64,000 nt of DNA from a virus. Both the position numbers and the translations under genes were made by a program. Location: the IMG/VR virus record IMGVR_UViG_3300046007_007030, one strand, 5' to 3'. Shown in pieces: positions 9,037 through 19,363 of the stretch (positions are counted from its first letter, which is position 1; every line of letters begins with the position of its first letter). Below the pieces are notes generated by a model. The model made no database searches and had not been told where the DNA came from. It saw only the letters and a program-made list of their open reading frames with translations.

Positions 9037-9894
9037 TTAGAAGTCGCCTATGACTTCCATCAAATTCTTTAGCTTGTTTTGGATGAAGTAGTTGAACAGT
9101 CTGTCGCGGGTCTTACCGGACTGAGCCTTGTACTCGTCGAGGATGCGAGTCTTGACATCTTCTGGAATAAACTCAAAGTCTACCAACTGCTGGTTTCGCT
9201 TGTAGTTACGAAGCATCATGTCGTCACAGAACTCGCTCGGATCCTTGCCTAACCAGGCGTCGATCTTCTTCTGCGTGAGGGGCTTCTGTCTCTTGTCCGA
9301 TACGAAGGTATCGTCGTCCGAGAGGAAGTTCGGGATGCCGTCTCCGGTGTCCCCCCTCATGATGTGCTCCTGTACGTATTTATACGGATCGTCAGTCTTG
9401 ATCCATTTTTTTCTCACCGGGTCGAACTGCTCAACATTGCCATACTTCTGGAGTTGGTTGAAGTCCTTGTCACCCGATAGGATGAGGATCCGCTCGCTGG
9501 ATACAGTGGCTCCCTTGAGAGAGCACAGTGTGGCGATCACGTCGTCGGCCTCCACCGAGTCCACTTGAATCGTGGGATACGGGAACACTTCTCTGAGCTC
9601 GGCCCTGATCTTATTCAAGGCTTCGAAGATCTTGGTCCAGTCCAGCTCCGACTTCTCTCGGGCCTTCTTACGATTGGCCTTGTAGTAGGGATAGACCTTC
9701 CGACGCCAGTAGTTCTTGTCGTCACACGCGATGACCAGCTCTCCGTACTCGCCGGAGAACTTCTGCTTGTACAGGCGAATGGAGTTGAGGATCATGTGAC
9801 GCAGCAGATCTTCTTCTACCTGATGGTTAGTGTGGTTGCCCAACTGAACCATCAGGTTAGAGATCATGACCTGATTGAGATCAAGGATTATCAT
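9037..9894 (-). CDS. rnh: T4 RNase H (5'-3' exonuclease)
   Basis: 'YWRRKVYPYYKANRK', 'EADDVI', 'SGDKDF.QL', 'GDTGDGIPN'. Confidence 0.96.
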   Translation of the reverse strand: MIILDLNQVMISNLMVQLGNHTNHQVEEDLLRHMILNSIRLYKQKFSGEYGELVIACDDKNYWRRKVYPYYKANRKKAREKSELDWTKIFEALNKIRAELREVFPYPTIQVDSVEADDVIATLCSLKGATVSSERILILSGDKDFNQLQKYGNVEQFDPVRKKWIKTDDPYKYVQEHIMRGDTGDGIPNFLSDDDTFVSDKRQKPLTQKKIDAWLGKDPSEFCDDMMLRNYKRNQQLVDFEFIPEDVKTRILDEYKAQSGKTRDRLFNYFIQNKLKNLMEVIGDF

Positions 9895-10855
9895 GAGGAG
9901 CGATTCGCTTCTTGATGAGGATTGACTTGAGTAGGGCTTCCCAGGCGAACTTCTTGATGTCGACGTTGTAGAACCTGTCGGCGAACATCTTCTGGCCTTG
10001 CAGAGTATTCTCGAGGACCTCGTTCATCTCTCGCACAGACTTGACTGCGCCGTCGAGCATCTGATAGAAGTTATTGAGGTGGTCCTGCTTGTTGTCCTGC
10101 CACTGATACATCCATGTGTACTGCGACGCGGTCTCGTAGAGGGCGCCGTAGTTGGGGTGCACGCAGAGACACTCGGCGCTCATGGCCTCCATCAGGGCCA
10201 TACAGGACGTCTCCATCCAGATGTTCGGATATGCGAAGATGTGAGCCTTAGACAGAGCCTCGCGGACTTCCTCGTTGGGGCGAGCCCCGTGGTAAGTCAT
10301 CTTCGGGTGCTGCTTGATCATGTCGAAGAGAGGCTCGTACGGCTTGTCTCGCTCTGACCACCCGTAGATGGAGAATGAGGAGTAGACGTCTAGATGAACG
10401 TCCTCGTGGTTCTTGGCCAGCTCGGTGAAGGCGGGAACGAGGAGCTCGAGGCCACGGTGCGGAGTCGTGTGGTAGATCACGTTGACCCGATCCTTCGGCT
10501 TCTTGTCGAGGGCGGAAGGCACCGACTCGATGGCGTTGGTCAGGACGCAGCACTTGTACCACGGGATGCCGTAGTAAGCGATGTAGTTCTGCATCTGCCA
10601 GTTGGAGACGAAGACGAGTCGCTCGAACTTGTTGTAGCCGCCATTCTTCAGATGATCGGAGGCGGGGTCGCCGGGCAAGTCCTGCAGCTGGAGCATCTGG
10701 ATCTTGCTCTCGTCGACCTCGCCTACGCGAGACACGTGGATCTGGAAGTGCTTGAGCATCTCGGGATCGATGCGCTTCTCTAGCCGCTCGGCCATGAGCT
10801 CGCTGCCGCCTCTCGACTTCTTGGTCATATCGATGTTGTTGTAGGCGAAACCCAT
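9881..10855 (-). CDS. GT4-like (GT-B) glycosyltransferase
   Basis: 'GGSE', 'TPHRGL', 'YPNIWMETSCMALMEAM...GALYET'. Confidence 0.85.
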   Translation of the reverse strand: MGFAYNNIDMTKKSRGGSELMAERLEKRIDPEMLKHFQIHVSRVGEVDESKIQMLQLQDLPGDPASDHLKNGGYNKFERLVFVSNWQMQNYIAYYGIPWYKCCVLTNAIESVPSALDKKPKDRVNVIYHTTPHRGLELLVPAFTELAKNHEDVHLDVYSSFSIYGWSERDKPYEPLFDMIKQHPKMTYHGARPNEEVREALSKAHIFAYPNIWMETSCMALMEAMSAECLCVHPNYGALYETASQYTWMYQWQDNKQDHLNNFYQMLDGAVKSVREMNEVLENTLQGQKMFADRFYNVDIKKFAWEALLKSILIKKRIAPHDNP

Positions 10856-11142
10856 TATACAGACTCCCTGATGGTGATGGACTCGATCGAGTCGATGCGG
10901 AAAGAGCGCCAGCCCTTGGCCTCGAGGTCGTAGACGGAGATCACCTCGAGGTTCTCCTTGCGCTCGGGCTTGGTGAGGTCGATGACAGGCTTCTCCGGAG
11001 GAGGGAGCTTATCACCGCGCAAGGTGCACTTCATCGTGCGACGAGAGCCGTCGCGCTTGGTGAAGTCTACTTCGAGGATCATGGAGTGCAGCTGCTCTAC
11101 GATGTAGTCGCGATCAGCCAGAGAGAACGTTCCTGAGGTCAT
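10855..11142 (-). CDS. WYL-like/SH3-fold phage protein
   Basis: 'VDFTKRDGSRRTMKCTL...VYDLEAKGWRSFR'. Confidence 0.75.
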   Translation of the reverse strand: MTSGTFSLADRDYIVEQLHSMILEVDFTKRDGSRRTMKCTLRGDKLPPPEKPVIDLTKPERKENLEVISVYDLEAKGWRSFRIDSIESITIRESV

Positions 11143-11362
11143 TGTGAGTCATCCATTCTGTAAGGTCTGTGTAGCCACCGACGTGATGGCCGTTGATTAT
11201 GATTTGAGGGACTGTCTTGCAGTTAGGAAACTTCTGTAAGAACTCTTCCCTCGATATGTCTGATCCTACCACGTGTTCATTAAATTGTACACTGTTTGCT
11301 CTAAATACAGCCTTCGCAGCGTCGCAGTAGGGGCAGTTCGGTTTACTGTAGATCTCTATCAT
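11114..11362 (-). CDS. Glutaredoxin
   Basis: CPYC, 'TVPQI', 'GGY' motifs. Confidence 0.93.
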   Translation of the reverse strand: MIEIYSKPNCPYCDAAKAVFRANSVQFNEHVVGSDISREEFLQKFPNCKTVPQIIINGHHVGGYTDLTEWMTHNDLRNVLSG

Positions 11363-11386
11363 CGTGCCTCGCTGTTTGTTCACAGT

Positions 11387-11617
11387 CTATATATCGTGCA
11401 CGACGATGTCCACGACTCTATCGATGTCCAGTAGGCGAACTGGATACGAGGAGCCTCCAGTCATTCTAAAAGTGCCGGCCGGATCTCGCTTACCAGACTC
11501 GCATAAGCGACCCGTGTACTCGTTGAACTCCGGTATGTGCACGTAGCTGGCGTAGACCTGCTTGTATGGCCACATCGGGTTCTTGACTGTGACCGTGATG
11601 GTATCACCTACCTGCAT
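11387..11617 (-). CDS. Hypothetical protein
   Basis: ORF packed in operon. Confidence 0.6.
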   Translation of the reverse strand: MQVGDTITVTVKNPMWPYKQVYASYVHIPEFNEYTGRLCESGKRDPAGTFRMTGGSSYPVRLLDIDRVVDIVVHDI

Positions 11618-12071
11618 CTAGTTTCTCCTCCAACATGTCTGCTATGAGTTCAGTCAGCTCTACCTCTCGACGAAATGCTTCTTTCTCCCAGGGTTGAGCG
11701 CTATACTTCTCGTAGTTCTTAGTCTCCATCACCACCGGCTTGTCTTCCCAGAGCATGGTCTTCGTAGTGATCTTCAGACGACCGTGCTTGAACTGCTCGG
11801 CGTGCACCAGCTCGTGCATTAGAGCTCGCATCACGGAAACCAGAGTACTACACTTACGCGTGTCGATGACTACCTTCAAGTTATTATGACTGTAGTAGGC
11901 ATTGGGCTTACGTGTTGGCTTGAGCTCGATGAGCAAGGAGCTCGGCAGGTCTAGCAGCGTCCTAGCCAGCGGCATGACTCTCTTGACTAGCATCGCCACT
12001 TTCTCGGAGTGATTTGTATACTTCTTGTCGTACCCGTACTTGAAAGACGAAGAGATCTTAACGAAATCCAT
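11604..12071 (-). CDS. Putative zinc metallopeptidase (HExxH)
   Basis: 'LMHELVHAEQ...PWEKEAF'. Confidence 0.7.
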   Translation of the reverse strand: MDFVKISSSFKYGYDKKYTNHSEKVAMLVKRVMPLARTLLDLPSSLLIELKPTRKPNAYYSHNNLKVVIDTRKCSTLVSVMRALMHELVHAEQFKHGRLKITTKTMLWEDKPVVMETKNYEKYSAQPWEKEAFRREVELTELIADMLEEKLDAGR

Positions 12072-12143
12072 AGTACATCCTATTGTTTGGCTTAACAGCA
12101 TTATACACTAATGCACAGACGTGTACAGGAGAATATTAGAGGC

Positions 12144-12407
12144 TCAGGTGTAGAGGTGCCTGGCGTGATCCTGCTGCCACCTAGAATTCGGAACAGCGAG
12201 ACCATCACCTGCCAGGATGACGTTCCACATGGTCAACATGAGCTTCTCCGAGGACGGCGATCGCTCGATGTCGAGCAACAGGTTGTTGTACCTGTAAATG
12301 CTGTTCTCCTTCTTGGGCTTTACCAACCAAGACTTGGATACTTCCTTGGCAACAGGGAGCGGCAGCTTATCGAGATTTCGCATTGCTTCGAGGTTCATGT
12401 TCTTCAT
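12144..12407 (-). CDS. Hypothetical early protein
   Basis: Start at MKNMNL; the upstream part of the track ORF overlaps other genes. Confidence 0.55.
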   Translation of the reverse strand: MKNMNLEAMRNLDKLPLPVAKEVSKSWLVKPKKENSIYRYNNLLLDIERSPSSEKLMLTMWNVILAGDGLAVPNSRWQQDHARHLYT

Positions 12408-12408
12408 C

Positions 12409-12621
12409 TCACTTCCCCATCGCGTAGGTGTGATGATCGGCCAGAGAGTTGAGATACATCTCGTCCATCTCGCGATCCAGTTGATTGACCTGCTTCTCGA
12501 GGTCGCGAGCCACGAAGCTGACTTCTTCGAGGATAGCAGAGCGAGAGTGGCCGAACGTGTCGGCGCGGCGGATGAGGCTACGCAACCGCATGGCGAGAGC
12601 TTCGATTTCATTGATGTGCAT
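12409..12621 (-). CDS. Hypothetical early protein
   Basis: GGAGG RBS. Confidence 0.65.
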   Translation of the reverse strand: MHINEIEALAMRLRSLIRRADTFGHSRSAILEEVSFVARDLEKQVNQLDREMDEMYLNSLADHHTYAMGK

Positions 12622-12745
12622 AGTAGACCTCCTTGAGGAAAGCGTGAACGGTGAAGAAAGTGATGAGGAAGACGAGAGCCAGGAGCCCCGGAGGGGTAGG
12701 CGCCGCCAAGAGAAGAGAGAGGAGCAGAGTTTTCATCATATGAGC

Positions 12746-12774
12746 ATCTTACCCTGAGTGCCAAAAAATGTCAA
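12746..12774 (-). promoter_or_regulatory. Early sigma70-like promoter
   Basis: TTGACA-17 nt-TAAGAT. Confidence 0.8.
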
Positions 12775-12777
12775 CCG

Positions 12778-13008
12778 CTATTCCCAGTAGAAGCCGGTGC
12801 CGTCTACCAGCTTGCGGTCGACCTCTGAGTTCCAGATCCGGACCGCGTCCTCGCGAGGGAGCTGCTCGGCAGCTTCCTTGATCTTCATGTAGGACGCGTG
12901 ACCGAGACGCCGAACACCGGCGTCGTCTGAGTAGTTGTAGGTGAGGTCGTGACGAGCGACCATGGTCTTGAATTCATCGAGAGTCATCTGTGTATCTCCG
13001 TTGTTCAT
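12778..13008 (-). CDS. Hypothetical early protein
   Basis: GGAG RBS, own upstream promoter. Confidence 0.65.
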   Translation of the reverse strand: MNNGDTQMTLDEFKTMVARHDLTYNYSDDAGVRRLGHASYMKIKEAAEQLPREDAVRIWNSEVDRKLVDGTGFYWE

Positions 13009-13145
13009 AGTTACTTATAGGCTATCTGGTGACCAGAGTCAACCGTTATTTGTATCTGGAAAGTGCTAGCCTATGTTCTTTCGAACCATAGCCATATTGT
13101 TTTGCGTAGAACCAGACGATGTGCCATCCAAACATCGGTTTCTCC

Positions 13146-13280
13146 TTAGAAAGGGCAGCTAGCAGATTGCATCAGAATACGCTTGACTTGATTGACGGTA
13201 ATGCCTGCCATCCGGGCAAGCTGAGCGACTGTCATGTTGGGGTTCATATCATACATCTCACGAATTTCAGAAGGGCACAT
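13146..13280 (-). CDS. Small HTH-like early protein
   Basis: 'TVAQLARMAGITVNQVKRIL'. Confidence 0.55.
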   Translation of the reverse strand: MCPSEIREMYDMNPNMTVAQLARMAGITVNQVKRILMQSASCPF

Positions 13281-13332
13281 CTGTCTATCTCCGTTGTTCA
13301 TAATTAGATAATAACCTATTTTGAAGCTTATG

Positions 13333-13530
13333 TCAACCAACCACGTTGAAGTGGAAGTGGATGCCTTCCTGTACCGCTTCCTGACCGACGAACACCGGGA
13401 AGAAGCGACCTTCATCGTTCTGCATGATGAAGTGGCGGAGGCGCTCGGCACCGATCTTGGCCACTGCCTTACGGGCATTTTCCCTGCTGGCGTAGGTCTT
13501 GGGAGCGGTGATGGTGAATTCCCGGTTCAT
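13333..13530 (-). CDS. Hypothetical early protein
   Basis: AGGA RBS downstream of the promoter at 13557-13585. Confidence 0.65.
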   Translation of the reverse strand: MNREFTITAPKTYASRENARKAVAKIGAERLRHFIMQNDEGRFFPVFVGQEAVQEGIHFHFNVVG

Positions 13531-13556
13531 GTTGTTCCTTTCCTTGATCATGATTC

Positions 13557-13836
13557 TTTATACCCAGGGTGCCCATAAATGTACATGCCCAGGGTGAAAA
13601 AAGTGCGCATGATACGAACTTTTTTTAGTCTAACAATATCAATGGCTTGCAGAGAACTCAAAACCGGCAGGCAAGCCGCTGAAAAGATTAGACTTTTTGA
13701 GCCCTTCCAGAGCTCTCCGGAGCGCACAGGAGCCCCGTGGCCGGCAGGCCATATTACCCTATCCCAGACTGGCCGGAGGGGCTCCAGGGCTTCTCTAAAT
13801 TTAACCGTGTACATTTTTCATACGACTAGATAAGAT
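13557..13836. promoter_or_regulatory. Divergent early promoter pair with an intervening IHF-like box
   Basis: Minus: TGTACA(13585-13580)-17-TATAAA. Plus: TGTACA(13808)-17-TAAGAT(13831). TATCAATGGCTTG at 13637-13649 matches WATCAANNNNTTR. Confidence 0.75.
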
Positions 13837-13863
13837 CTAGTCAAATCTTAAGGATTCCAAGTA

Positions 13864-15009
13864 ATGCCCAAGAAGTTAATCAGGAAAGCTCCTCCAAAGA
13901 AGATCAAGAAGACGAGATCTGAAGTCTACCTAGTAAATCAGAAGTATCTCGGAGATGAGCCCGTGTATAAGCCTGGGCAGATCTTGTCTGATGCTGAGAG
14001 GATCCGTGCCTACACGTGGTACGGGTCCATGGCCGAGCTATCGGAGGCACGAGAGTGGCTCACTGACTTCCTGAAAAAAGACGGCCGGTTGGAAGACGCC
14101 AAGAGGCTGAAGACCGTGCCTGACAACCTATTCCCCTTGACCTGTGCCTGGATCGCCCGCATGTCCTCGCGTGGTGTCCAGTTCACTTCTCACACATATG
14201 ACTTCCTCGATGACAAGCTTCGTGAAGCTTTCAGCAAGCGGTCTACTGACGAAGATAAGAAGGAAGAGAAGCCGGCCTCTGAGAAGCCTAACATTCAGGA
14301 GAGGATCCGTGATCGAGTGGCCGACCTGATAGGTGACCTCGAGGAAGTGATGGACAAGCACTATCTCGGAGAGATCACCGAGTTCGACGCCTACGAGTTC
14401 TGTCAGAAGGCAGAGATACCCGCTCAACACACCACTAAGATGGCAGCCTACTACGCGGGCATGTACGAGGAGCTGGAGCTCGCCGTCGAGGGATCTGATC
14501 CTCAGGTGAACGAGGCCTACTCACGTTTCTCTAAGAAGTGGCTCAGGTCTCGTATTGCCTTCCTCGAGAAGATGATGTCAGACCTGCTTCGCTACGGACA
14601 GAACGCCAAGAAGCTCCGCACTCCTCGTAAGAAGAAGCCGCAGAGCGTGGAGAAGAAACTGAAGAACTTCCGCTATAAGAAGGAAGACCAAGAGACCAAG
14701 CTCGCCTCGGTGTCGCCAGAGCAGATCGTCGGCGCGGCCGAGCTCTGGACATACAACGTCAAGTACAAGACGCTCACGGTGTTCCGAGCCATCGATCGCG
14801 GCGGCTTAGACATCAAGAGGTCTAGCATAGTCAACTTCGACGAGAAGACGACCATGACTCGTCGCACAGGCAGGCAAGGCGAAAAGATCGTCCAGTCCGT
14901 CTTGAGTGGTGGTAAGATCATCCTGCGCAAGGTCATGGACGACCTGAAGGAAGCGACTCTGCAGGATCGCATAAATGAGAACACAATACTATTGAGGGTA
15001 GTGAAGTGA
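13864..15009 (+). CDS. Conserved T4-like hypothetical protein (381 aa)
   Basis: Long Lys-rich ORF; C-terminal 'SVSPEQIVGAAELWTYNVKYK...RINENTILLRV'. Confidence 0.8.
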   Translation: MPKKLIRKAPPKKIKKTRSEVYLVNQKYLGDEPVYKPGQILSDAERIRAYTWYGSMAELSEAREWLTDFLKKDGRLEDAKRLKTVPDNLFPLTCAWIARMSSRGVQFTSHTYDFLDDKLREAFSKRSTDEDKKEEKPASEKPNIQERIRDRVADLIGDLEEVMDKHYLGEITEFDAYEFCQKAEIPAQHTTKMAAYYAGMYEELELAVEGSDPQVNEAYSRFSKKWLRSRIAFLEKMMSDLLRYGQNAKKLRTPRKKKPQSVEKKLKNFRYKKEDQETKLASVSPEQIVGAAELWTYNVKYKTLTVFRAIDRGGLDIKRSSIVNFDEKTTMTRRTGRQGEKIVQSVLSGGKIILRKVMDDLKEATLQDRINENTILLRVVK

Positions 15010-15248
15010 GAGTCTATAAGACTAGAAATACGATGTATCTCAGGCGTGATAAGTACAGCGCGCTTGCCGACTGGATAGCCCGTAATTATGGTTCAGAACC
15101 TGGTTATGATTGGGAGATGCCGACGATCGAGCTCTTCAAAGACACTAAGCCTAAAGATGGCACACTTCACACACTAGCTTATTACAATGAAGGCGGAAAC
15201 AATTGGCCAGACAGGTTGCTGTTATGCAGAGAGGTGATCAAGCAATGA
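15006..15248 (+). CDS. Hypothetical protein
   Basis: GTGA translational coupling. Confidence 0.55.
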   Translation: MRVYKTRNTMYLRRDKYSALADWIARNYGSEPGYDWEMPTIELFKDTKPKDGTLHTLAYYNEGGNNWPDRLLLCREVIKQ

Positions 15249-15390
15249 AAGAATACACAGTTCGTTACTCCATCGGTGCCTATATCTACGAGTCTGTAGT
15301 ACGCACGTCGAGTTCAGATGCGGCCCTACTCTGGGCAGAGGCCATGGGAGGCTATAGGGTGACAGTAGTGTCATGGAAAGAAGTTGAATA

Positions 15391-16056
15391 ATGAAGTTCG
15401 GTATCATCTCAGACCTACACATGGAGTTTCAGCCGTGGTATCCGCCAGAGCTAGATCCTGAAGTGTTCTACCTGAATGCTGGTGACACGCATCCAAATAA
15501 GCTAATGCGTGACTGGCTCGAGAAAGAGATGGGTGATAGGTACTTCGCAGTGCCAGGCAACCACGACTACTACGGGAAATCGTTCGCTAACGCCGACGTA
15601 GACTTTCCTGACACTATCGAGGTAGACGGCATCAAGATCGCGGGCGCCACTCTCTGGACCGAGATCTCGCCTACTCGCTGGTGGGACTTCAAGGAGTACA
15701 TGGTAGACTGTCGTCAGATCAGAGGCATGAACTATGACAAGTACGTGAAGACACACATAAATCATAAGGAGCATCTATTCAGATCCAATGCAGATGTGTG
15801 GGTAGTCCATCACCTGCCGTCATACCAGTCGGTTCATTCCAAGTACAGGGAGTCTGGTGGCAATGACTTCTTCGCGACCGAACTCTCCTATAAGATCTTG
15901 GATATGAAGAAGCCGCCGAAGCTGATCGTGCACGGGCACACTCACGAAGCCTGCGACTACATGATCGGCGATACTCGAGTGGTCTGTCATCCTCGCGGCT
16001 ATCCTAAAGAGACGCCTTACTACGACGACTACAAGCCACTAATCGTGGAAGTGTAA
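15391..16056 (+). CDS. Calcineurin-like metallophosphoesterase
   Basis: SDLH, AGD, GNHD, HH.P, HGHTH motifs. Confidence 0.92.
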   Translation: MKFGIISDLHMEFQPWYPPELDPEVFYLNAGDTHPNKLMRDWLEKEMGDRYFAVPGNHDYYGKSFANADVDFPDTIEVDGIKIAGATLWTEISPTRWWDFKEYMVDCRQIRGMNYDKYVKTHINHKEHLFRSNADVWVVHHLPSYQSVHSKYRESGGNDFFATELSYKILDMKKPPKLIVHGHTHEACDYMIGDTRVVCHPRGYPKETPYYDDYKPLIVEV

Positions 16057-16088
16057 ATACCATGGGATTATCACTTCTAGGAGTTACC

Positions 16089-16469
16089 ATGGACAACGTC
16101 ATCACCTTCCCAAAAGAGAATAAGCGACTAGACGTAAGTAATACGCCGACGTCTGTCGACGAGGTGGCTAAGGCTATCGAGGCGATGAAGTTGGACTTCT
16201 ATCACGACGTCGCAGACAACTTGATGGATCACATCATTCAGAGCATCGGTAGCCTGAATCTAGATGGTAACAGCGAAGAGGTGCACCTCAGAGAGGTAGA
16301 CATCATCCTCATTAGAGAAGTGCTGACTGCCTTCATGTGTAAATTAGGGGGCGTAGAACACCCCCTAAAGAACCTCGCTGATGCCGTAGTGCAGGACTTA
16401 AACGTCCACGACGGCGCTATAGACTATCGACTCAAGATCCCCGGCGAGCAACCCGAGAAGAAGACTTAA
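16089..16469 (+). CDS. Hypothetical protein
   Basis: AGGAG RBS; 'MDNVITFP'. Confidence 0.65.
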   Translation: MDNVITFPKENKRLDVSNTPTSVDEVAKAIEAMKLDFYHDVADNLMDHIIQSIGSLNLDGNSEEVHLREVDIILIREVLTAFMCKLGGVEHPLKNLADAVVQDLNVHDGAIDYRLKIPGEQPEKKT

Positions 16470-16878
16470 GGTGACTGCGGTGTACGCGGACCCAGATGTG
16501 TCCGTTGTAGTACTCGTCGCTCAATAGCACGCCTCTGGTGAACTGCTCGTAAGCCTCCCAGTAGTTGCACTCGCCCTTAGACGCACACAAGTGAAGGACC
16601 TCGCGCTTAAACGAGGTCCTTTCTTTTTTATCTACGTCAGCTATGAGCTCTAAGTTAGAACCGTAGTACGTCTTCCAGTTAGACTCGACTAGATATCGTT
16701 TCTTTTTCTTCTTGACTACCTTCGTCTTCTTACTCCAGAAGAGCTTCTTACCGACGTACTTCTTATCAGTCTCGGTATCGGTTATGAGGTAGATGAATCC
16801 GTAGTTGTCGCCTATGATTTCCGGAGTCAGCGGGACTCCCCAATATAGCCACGGATTCTCGTACTCAGAATTCTCCAC
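16432..16878 (-). CDS. GIY-YIG nuclease, T4 endonuclease II (DenA)-like
   Basis: 'GFIYLIT...KYVGKK...ESNWKTYYGS...REVLHLC...YYNG'. Confidence 0.8.
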   Translation of the reverse strand: MENSEYENPWLYWGVPLTPEIIGDNYGFIYLITDTETDKKYVGKKLFWSKKTKVVKKKKKRYLVESNWKTYYGSNLELIADVDKKERTSFKREVLHLCASKGECNYWEAYEQFTRGVLLSDEYYNGHIWVRVHRSHLKSSSRVARRGS

Positions 16879-17125
16879 CGGTCTGATCGTCCCATTCTTC
16901 TTGAGCTTCTTCTTCGACTAAGTCCTCTTCAGGATACTTCTCCAGATAGACCTCGTCGAATACCTCGTCGATCTCTAAACACTCATTTAGATTATCGCAG
17001 TCGTAGTTCTCGAAGATGTCGATGAGGGCGGAATAGACTTCCGCCCTGTACTGATCGTCCGACACGGTCTCCATTAGAGCCTCGATGATGTCGCCCATAA
17101 TCTTTGAGCCTGTTGACCAACCCAT
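16865..17125 (-). CDS. Acidic hypothetical protein
   Basis: AGGAGG RBS; 'MGWSTGS'. Confidence 0.7.
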   Translation of the reverse strand: MGWSTGSKIMGDIIEALMETVSDDQYRAEVYSALIDIFENYDCDNLNECLEIDEVFDEVYLEKYPEEDLVEEEAQEEWDDQTGGEF

Positions 17126-17136
17126 TCATTCCTCCT

Positions 17137-19350
17137 TTAGACTAAGCAACCATCAGCAGTACCGACGCACGCGGCGGCACCCATGGTGTCTACATCTATA
17201 TACTTCTTCTCCACGAGACTGCTCTCCCAGTCCACGTCTTGGACCAGGTTCTGCTGGATCTTCTCCCACTTGTGGAGGATGAACACGTCCTTGAGGCAGT
17301 ACTCGGCCTGCTTGGCGTCGCCCTTGAAGTAGTTCTCCGCGAACTTCTTGAAGCGGCGAATCCAGTCCTTCTTCAGCAACAGGCTGGAGTCATCGCTGCT
17401 TATGTCGATGCTCCTGTTCTGGGCAGTCATGCACGCCACCCAGAGGTTGTCGAACGCCTTGAGTCCGTCCACCACGAGGCCAGAGGCGAATACCGCACCG
17501 GTGCCATAGGTCTTCACGATCTCCTTGGCGTCGATCACCTTCGTGTTCGGGGCCTGAGCGTAGTCCTTGTCGCCAGTCATGGCGAGGAACGAGATGCCAG
17601 CGAAGTTGGCGCGATTCTCGTATACGTACTCGGCCACCTCGTCCCAGTCGTCCACGATGACTGTGTTAGACACGTTGTGACGGATGCCCTCGTCGGCGCA
17701 GAGCTTCTCGTCCGTGCCGGCGTTGACCCAGTGCTTCTGCGCCTTGGCGATTAGCCAGAGGTGCTTGATGCCGATGGTGTCGTCCTTGTACAGCGAGCCC
17801 TTCTTCGGTACGACCGGGAATGACACGACGTAGTCAGTCCTGCCGGCAGACCACACCGACTCCTCTACCATGTGCGGGTTCAACTTCTTGATGAGACGCG
17901 CGACCTCTGTGTCCTTGTTCAGCTGGATGTTGCGAATGTACATGGGCGAGTGATCCGCGTGGATACCCGACGCAGTCATAAGAAGCACAGAAGCGTTGCC
18001 ACTAGGTTTAACGCAAGTGGTCCTAGCAGCGGGATTAGTACCAATAAGAGCAGCCACAGTCCTATTTGTGGATCGTACTGTGGTGGCTCCGGCTTCGAGG
18101 ATCTTTTCATTGAACAGCGTCCTCGGGTTGTTCATCCAACCCGTAATGGAGACGCCAAGCAGCGCCTCCCTATCGAAGATCTGCTTGCTCGTCTCGTCCA
18201 AGAACTTGAAGTTGGTGTAGCCGGCCTGGAGAGTTCCCAGGATGGACGCTGCCTTGCAGGCCCTCTGGAAAGTCTCTTCGTCGGAACACATTCCTCCGTT
18301 GATCTCAGTCAGGTTGCATCCCTGCCACCCCGACTTGCCGTCGATCTGCGGGTACATCCCGATCTCGACGCATGGATTAGTCGTGTGCTCGGTGGACTCG
18401 ACGAATACGAAGCCGGGCTCACCGAACTGCTTGATGCTCTGCATCAATTGCATGAATTGCTCTTTGCTTGTGGTCTTTCGAACGATGACTGCGGAGTTGT
18501 TCGAGCGTCCACGCTGCGGATTATCGATGAACCAGTTGCCCGTCTTGGCCTTGGCCATCTCCTCGTCATCAGGGGAGAATAGGCAGATGGTCGCCGATCG
18601 ACGCACACCACCCGACAACACAGCGTCGGCTGCATGCATCACGATGTCGTACACGTGGACCGGCCTCATCTTCGCTTCCTTCTCAGACATGAGGACCATG
18701 CTGGTCAGGAGGTGCTCGATGCGGTCGAGTGCTCTGCGGAGAGGATCCGGTCCTGGTGCCATGAAGCCACCAGAGATCTTCGCGCCCTTCGGCCTGATCT
18801 GATTCAAGTCGAAGTACACCTTACGTCCTGCGTACTCTAAATATTTACCTCCGTCCTTGAAGAAGCTCGACATCAACACGTCAAGCGCCGTGGCCCATCC
18901 CTCGATGGAGTCCTCGACGACGTGAGTCTTCGGCTGCTTCGTCCTCGGAGCGATCACTGGGATCTTGTCGACGTGATGCCTCTGCACCGAGAAGCCGGCG
19001 CCTGCGCCGCACAACAGGATGTAGAAGATCTCGCCAAAGAAAGAAGCGCGATCGGCATAAGACGAAGTACAGTTGTACATCTTCATCTGGTGCTTGAGGA
19101 GCTGATCGCCGCCGAACTGCAAGGCGCGCTGAGCTCCGAGTACGAGCTTGTCTTTGTAGGCCGTCTCCGCGAACGCGATGTACTCGGCTAGCTTCGGGGT
19201 CATCTTGTCCTTGTAGAAGTCGCGATGCATATTCATCACGCGCTCTACGGCTTCATCCCAGGTCTCGTAGCGTCCCTTGTCTTCGTCGTATCTAGAATAG
19301 GACTCATAGAACTTAGCGTCGGACAATAGCTTACGTGTGTCAGTATACAT
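17137..19350 (-). CDS. nrdJ: Class II (adenosylcobalamin-dependent) ribonucleotide reductase
   Basis: 'YNC', 'GGVRRSA', 'TNPCVEI', 'CNLTEIN', 'TCVKPSG', C-terminal Cys pair; no beta subunit nearby. Confidence 0.92.
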   Translation of the reverse strand: MYTDTRKLLSDAKFYESYSRYDEDKGRYETWDEAVERVMNMHRDFYKDKMTPKLAEYIAFAETAYKDKLVLGAQRALQFGGDQLLKHQMKMYNCTSSYADRASFFGEIFYILLCGAGAGFSVQRHHVDKIPVIAPRTKQPKTHVVEDSIEGWATALDVLMSSFFKDGGKYLEYAGRKVYFDLNQIRPKGAKISGGFMAPGPDPLRRALDRIEHLLTSMVLMSEKEAKMRPVHVYDIVMHAADAVLSGGVRRSATICLFSPDDEEMAKAKTGNWFIDNPQRGRSNNSAVIVRKTTSKEQFMQLMQSIKQFGEPGFVFVESTEHTTNPCVEIGMYPQIDGKSGWQGCNLTEINGGMCSDEETFQRACKAASILGTLQAGYTNFKFLDETSKQIFDREALLGVSITGWMNNPRTLFNEKILEAGATTVRSTNRTVAALIGTNPAARTTCVKPSGNASVLLMTASGIHADHSPMYIRNIQLNKDTEVARLIKKLNPHMVEESVWSAGRTDYVVSFPVVPKKGSLYKDDTIGIKHLWLIAKAQKHWVNAGTDEKLCADEGIRHNVSNTVIVDDWDEVAEYVYENRANFAGISFLAMTGDKDYAQAPNTKVIDAKEIVKTYGTGAVFASGLVVDGLKAFDNLWVACMTAQNRSIDISSDDSSLLLKKDWIRRFKKFAENYFKGDAKQAEYCLKDVFILHKWEKIQQNLVQDVDWESSLVEKKYIDVDTMGAAACVGTADGCLV

Positions 19351-19363
19351 GAGTAGTACCTCT

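Noticed and set aside
12640-12735. Purine-rich low-complexity tract as a repeat element
   Set aside because: Explained by a Leu/Phe-rich 43-aa membrane ORF on the minus strand (12608-12739).
16432-16878. GIY-YIG ORF as a mobile homing endonuclease
   Set aside because: Short, lacks DNA-binding repeats, and matches the core EndoII/DenA-like type usually found near nrd genes.
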